A stretch of 37,300 nucleotides of DNA. Origin: Psammoneis japonica. Taxonomy: Eukaryota. A program made the position numbers and the translations under genes. The stretch lies in the NCBI GenBank assembly GCA_008632985.1, contig QPGO01000169.1, positions 124,001-161,300 of the forward strand, given 5' to 3'. Positions 35,401 to 37,300 of the stretch are shown one piece after another. The notes below the pieces were generated by a model. It ran no database searches, was not told where the DNA came from, and saw only the letters and a program-made list of their open reading frames with translations. The first letter of the stretch is position 1. Every line of letters starts with the position of its first letter.

Positions 35401-36341
35401 GCTGCCTTGTCTTTCTCTGATGCGGCCCTTGAAGCACATCATTTTTTGCTCAGCCAGGCACACTCTTCAGATGTTGAAGAATGCACCCCTGGCACATTGC
35501 TGTTCCTGCAAACTCATCAAATGAAATGTCTGGGGTCTCACAAAACAGCGAGTCTGGAACAATTTTTTGGAACATCACACACAGAAATGCACGTGCAAAG
35601 CATGTGGCAGATGACAAAAAACACAATTGTGTCGTCACACATCAGCACTCTGGCAAGCTCCCAGCACCTGGGGGGGCTGGAACGCATGTTCCAGGTGTGC
35701 AGATGGATTTGAATTGGATTCGTGCAAATTTGAGCTAAAAGCAAAACTGCCACAAGCTCATTTGCTGTGCATGGGCAAAGGCATGGGGGCTTGAATGAAA
35801 GTTTGACTGTGCCAGAAACATCTGCAACATTTTCAGCGCTGTGCATCAAAGAGCTGGCTTTTGAGTCAGTGACGGGCCAATGCTCGGTCTCCCCAAAAAA
35901 AGGCCGAAGCTTTGGAAAGACCGCATTGTTCGAAAATGAGGGAGAAAACAAGGAGAACTGAAAAAAATCCTTTTTTCCTGCATCCCCCCGGGTTCGGCCC
36001 AACCGGCGCCATCCGTGTCCGCGGATCCGCGTTTTGTCAGTCCCGCGTCTCACAGGCTCCTTCAAGTTCGAGGGAAGTTTGGCAAGCGTCATCCAGACGT
36101 CTCAGGGCCCGGGATAACGAAGCGCGCATTTGCGCCCGCGGGCAAAAAGCGCCCTGCCGGGCGGAAGGCACCCGGAAAACCGCGCCCTGCTGGGCGCTTC
36201 TCTTGTTCGCAGGGCGCCCGGCAAGTGATGAGTGCCCACAACACGTACAATCCTACGTGCTCTGGTAGCACTTTGACAGCGACTCGTCCCTCCAACCGTT
36301 TCTCACATAAAAAACACACAAGCAACCATGAGCGGCGCTCT

Positions 36342-37211
36342 ATGAATACTACTCCCGCCCCTTCCAGCGGCAAGACAACGCCTACTCTCAGTACGGAAGA
36401 GTTACTTGCTTCGGCTAGTGATGAAGACAAAGGTGCCATCGGTCTGACGTCTTCTCGAAAAGCGCCTGTTGCCGGCACAAGCGATGCGAGTGGTGTCGAC
36501 GGCGCTACTGTTGTCACCAAGGTCGTCGCACCCTATTCGAGCTTTCAGAGGCTCGGTCCCTAGTAGGTTTCAAGTGACATTACGGGGAAAAAGTCAGAGG
36601 ATATTTTGAAGTCGTGTGTGAAGGAATATGAGTATGCATTCAAGAACTGGAAACTATCTGGGGACGCATGGAGAGTTTGGAGATCAAGACGATGAAGCAG
36701 GCAGGGAGTCGGCGAAGCCTTTCTCGGACTTTATTAACAACAGCAGCTACTTGTTGTATTTTCACGAGTTTGTTTTTCGGTTTCCTGGTATCTTTGAGAA
36801 ACCAACCGGTGAGTATTATTGTTCTGTCTGAATTTCTCTTTCATATTACTTCAATGAAAATCTAACTCGTCATGCGTCCTCAAATTGTATATTCGGTTCA
36901 TTTTCTTGAAAGGTGAACTGCCGGAGGGATCATTCAGCGAGTCTATTGCTCGCCAATTGCCTAAATTGAGTGTCAACAATGGTAGCAATACCAAGAAGCC
37001 TCGAAAGGCATCAAGAAAGGCATCCAAGGATAGAGCGTGGCGTGACTTCAACGAATCCGATGCCGACTCTGGTGGTTTGTATGACGCACCTGACTCGCAA
37101 GAATCTACATTTCTAGAAATCTACGAGACCCAAATAGAAATCGAAAACAAAAAAGAGCAGCGTGCGTATTTCGATCGCCAGCTCAAAGAGTTTCACGACA
37201 AAATAGCGTAG
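36342..37211 (+). CDS. Spliced hypothetical gene or young pseudogene, possibly a transposon accessory protein
   Basis: ATG at 36342. The segment KEYEYAFKNWKLSG/THGEF..PFSDFINNSSYLLYFHEFVFRFP needs a 1-nt correction at GGGG 36660-36663. Intron 36809-36912 (GTGAGT..AAG) is phase-compatible with GELPEGSFSES. The 5' junction (~36520-36566) is uncertain. Normal TA content. Confidence 0.5.
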
Positions 37212-37300
37212 CATAGATACAATACGAATCATAGCATATATTGGAGACTAGGCCCTAGTAGATTCAGTTCTACTAGTCCATCAGAATGTAAACTACATAG

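Noticed and set aside
1..36240. Hundreds of overlapping 60-290 aa ORFs rich in Cys, His and Gln in the decayed blocks (e.g. 33892-34770, 10261-10791, 1854-2450)
   Set aside because: They are a by-product of TpA loss, which removes TAA and TAG stops in all six frames. They are almost Tyr-free and are not genes.
1..36240. Alternative genetic code or Tyr avoidance as the explanation for Tyr-free ORFs
   Set aside because: Neighbouring genes use TAY codons and TAA/TAG stops normally, and the depletion is independent of frame and strand.
1..36240. Classical fungal RIP or CpG methylation decay as the sole cause
   Set aside because: RIP raises TpA and lowers CpA, the opposite of what is seen. CpG decay cannot remove TA, and the Crypton keeps its CGs.
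28901..37258. TAGGGCCCTA (28901) and CTAGGCCCTAG (37248) as terminal inverted repeats of one 8.3-kb element
   Set aside because: The match is only about 7 bp and does not extend convincingly.

Overview
Eukaryotic sequence, most likely a diatom or related stramenopile, judged from gene content, short GT-AG introns and CoDi-like Copia and Crypton elements. Islands of normal-looking genes alternate with six blocks of decayed transposons and pseudogenes. The genes are two tandem GT31/Fringe-like glycosyltransferase paralogs, an HtrL/YibB-like protein, a sulfotransferase, a spliced ankyrin-like repeat protein, a DxD type II membrane protein, eIF2B-epsilon and a small spliced hypothetical gene. The decayed blocks lie at about 1-5400, 7000-12350, 13870-15130, 17960-18990, 24150-26100 and 29430-36240. 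The most striking signal is that these blocks have lost almost every TpA dinucleotide. Conserved Tyr codons in Copia and Crypton motifs now read CAY (His) or TGY (Cys), and the surviving TpAs are mostly in YTAR context. The Crypton has lost TpA while keeping many CpGs. This points to a repeat-targeted A:T>G:C hypermutation at 5'-TAY-3', RIP-like in targeting but opposite in direction and separate from 5mC CpG decay. All counts were made by eye and no database searches were run.
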